Shown: positions 63,377-64,000 of the stretch, one piece after another
Layout of the letters: every line of letters starts with the position of its first letter
Numbering within the stretch: the first letter of the stretch is position 1
NCBI GenBank assembly: GCA_951406725.2
Contig: OX597821.1
Location: 89,466,001 to 89,530,000 of the forward strand
From: Octopus vulgaris
Lineage: Eukaryota
Direction of reading: 5' to 3'
Length of the DNA: 64,000 nt
Translations under genes and position numbers: made by a program
Notes under the pieces: model-generated
Told to the model about the DNA's origin: nothing
What the model saw: only the letters and a program-made list of their open reading frames with translations
Database searches by the model: none

Positions 63377-64000
63377 TATACATATATACATATATACAGA
63401 CACATGTATATACATACCTATATATATATACACACATATATGTTTGAGGTATACAAGTTTGCATGTTTTGTGTTGACATGCTATCTGTCTTATGCTACAT
63501 GCAAGTGTGGATGAGTGCGTTTATTGTGTATGAAATATACATACATATGTATGTGGTGACTAGCAACTATTTATTATGGTATGTATGTAATATCATAATC
63601 ATCATCAATTTGCATATATATATATATATATATATATCTCATAGTATGTTTTTATACACATCTATCATTATGTTTGCATGTGAGTATATTATCTGTGTCT
63701 GTATGGTAATAAGAATATATGAATATATGTATTAAACATATTTTATATGTGGAACTATGTATACTTACACTTATCTCCATATATTTTTACATTGGTATGT
63801 TTATCTTACTGTTTTCTAAACCCAAGTGGACATATACTGACACAAATTCAAGGCACGACTGTTACAGATTTTCTAAGCAGAGTGTATATCAAGAAGTACT
63901 TTAATCAACAAGTCCTTCCTTTCCTAAGAAAGAAAAGTGAAATTTAAGGAAGAATTTGTTGTCATTTCTAGTAGAGTGAGTATGTATGTGTAGTTTGAAA

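Overview
AT-rich eukaryotic (animal) non-coding DNA, most consistent with an octopus/coleoid cephalopod intron or intergenic region. The organism is inferred from the extreme microsatellite load and the SINE/LINE repertoire. I found no intact host protein-coding gene, no CRISPR array and no rRNA; nearly all listed ORFs are microsatellite or SINE read-throughs. The window contains three tRNA-derived SINE families (about 20 copies of family A, about 15 of family B, 2 of family D) and many copies of an RTE-type 3' tail (family C). It also holds fossils of RTE, CR1, Hero, R4/Dong and L1/Tx1-like LINEs, Penelope-like GIY-YIG remnants with a hammerhead-like tandem terminal repeat, a full-length dead DD41D Tc1/mariner element with TIRs, and a non-autonomous Helitron. 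The most unusual items are a near full-length U2 snRNA copy joined to an RTE-type 3' tail (possible U2-LINE chimera or U2-derived SINE), the Penelope-associated hammerhead-like dimer, a trimeric SINE bounded by one 16-bp TSD, and closely spaced inverted SINE pairs that could be dsRNA/ADAR substrates. Family letters are my own labels. Boundaries of degenerate repeats are approximate.
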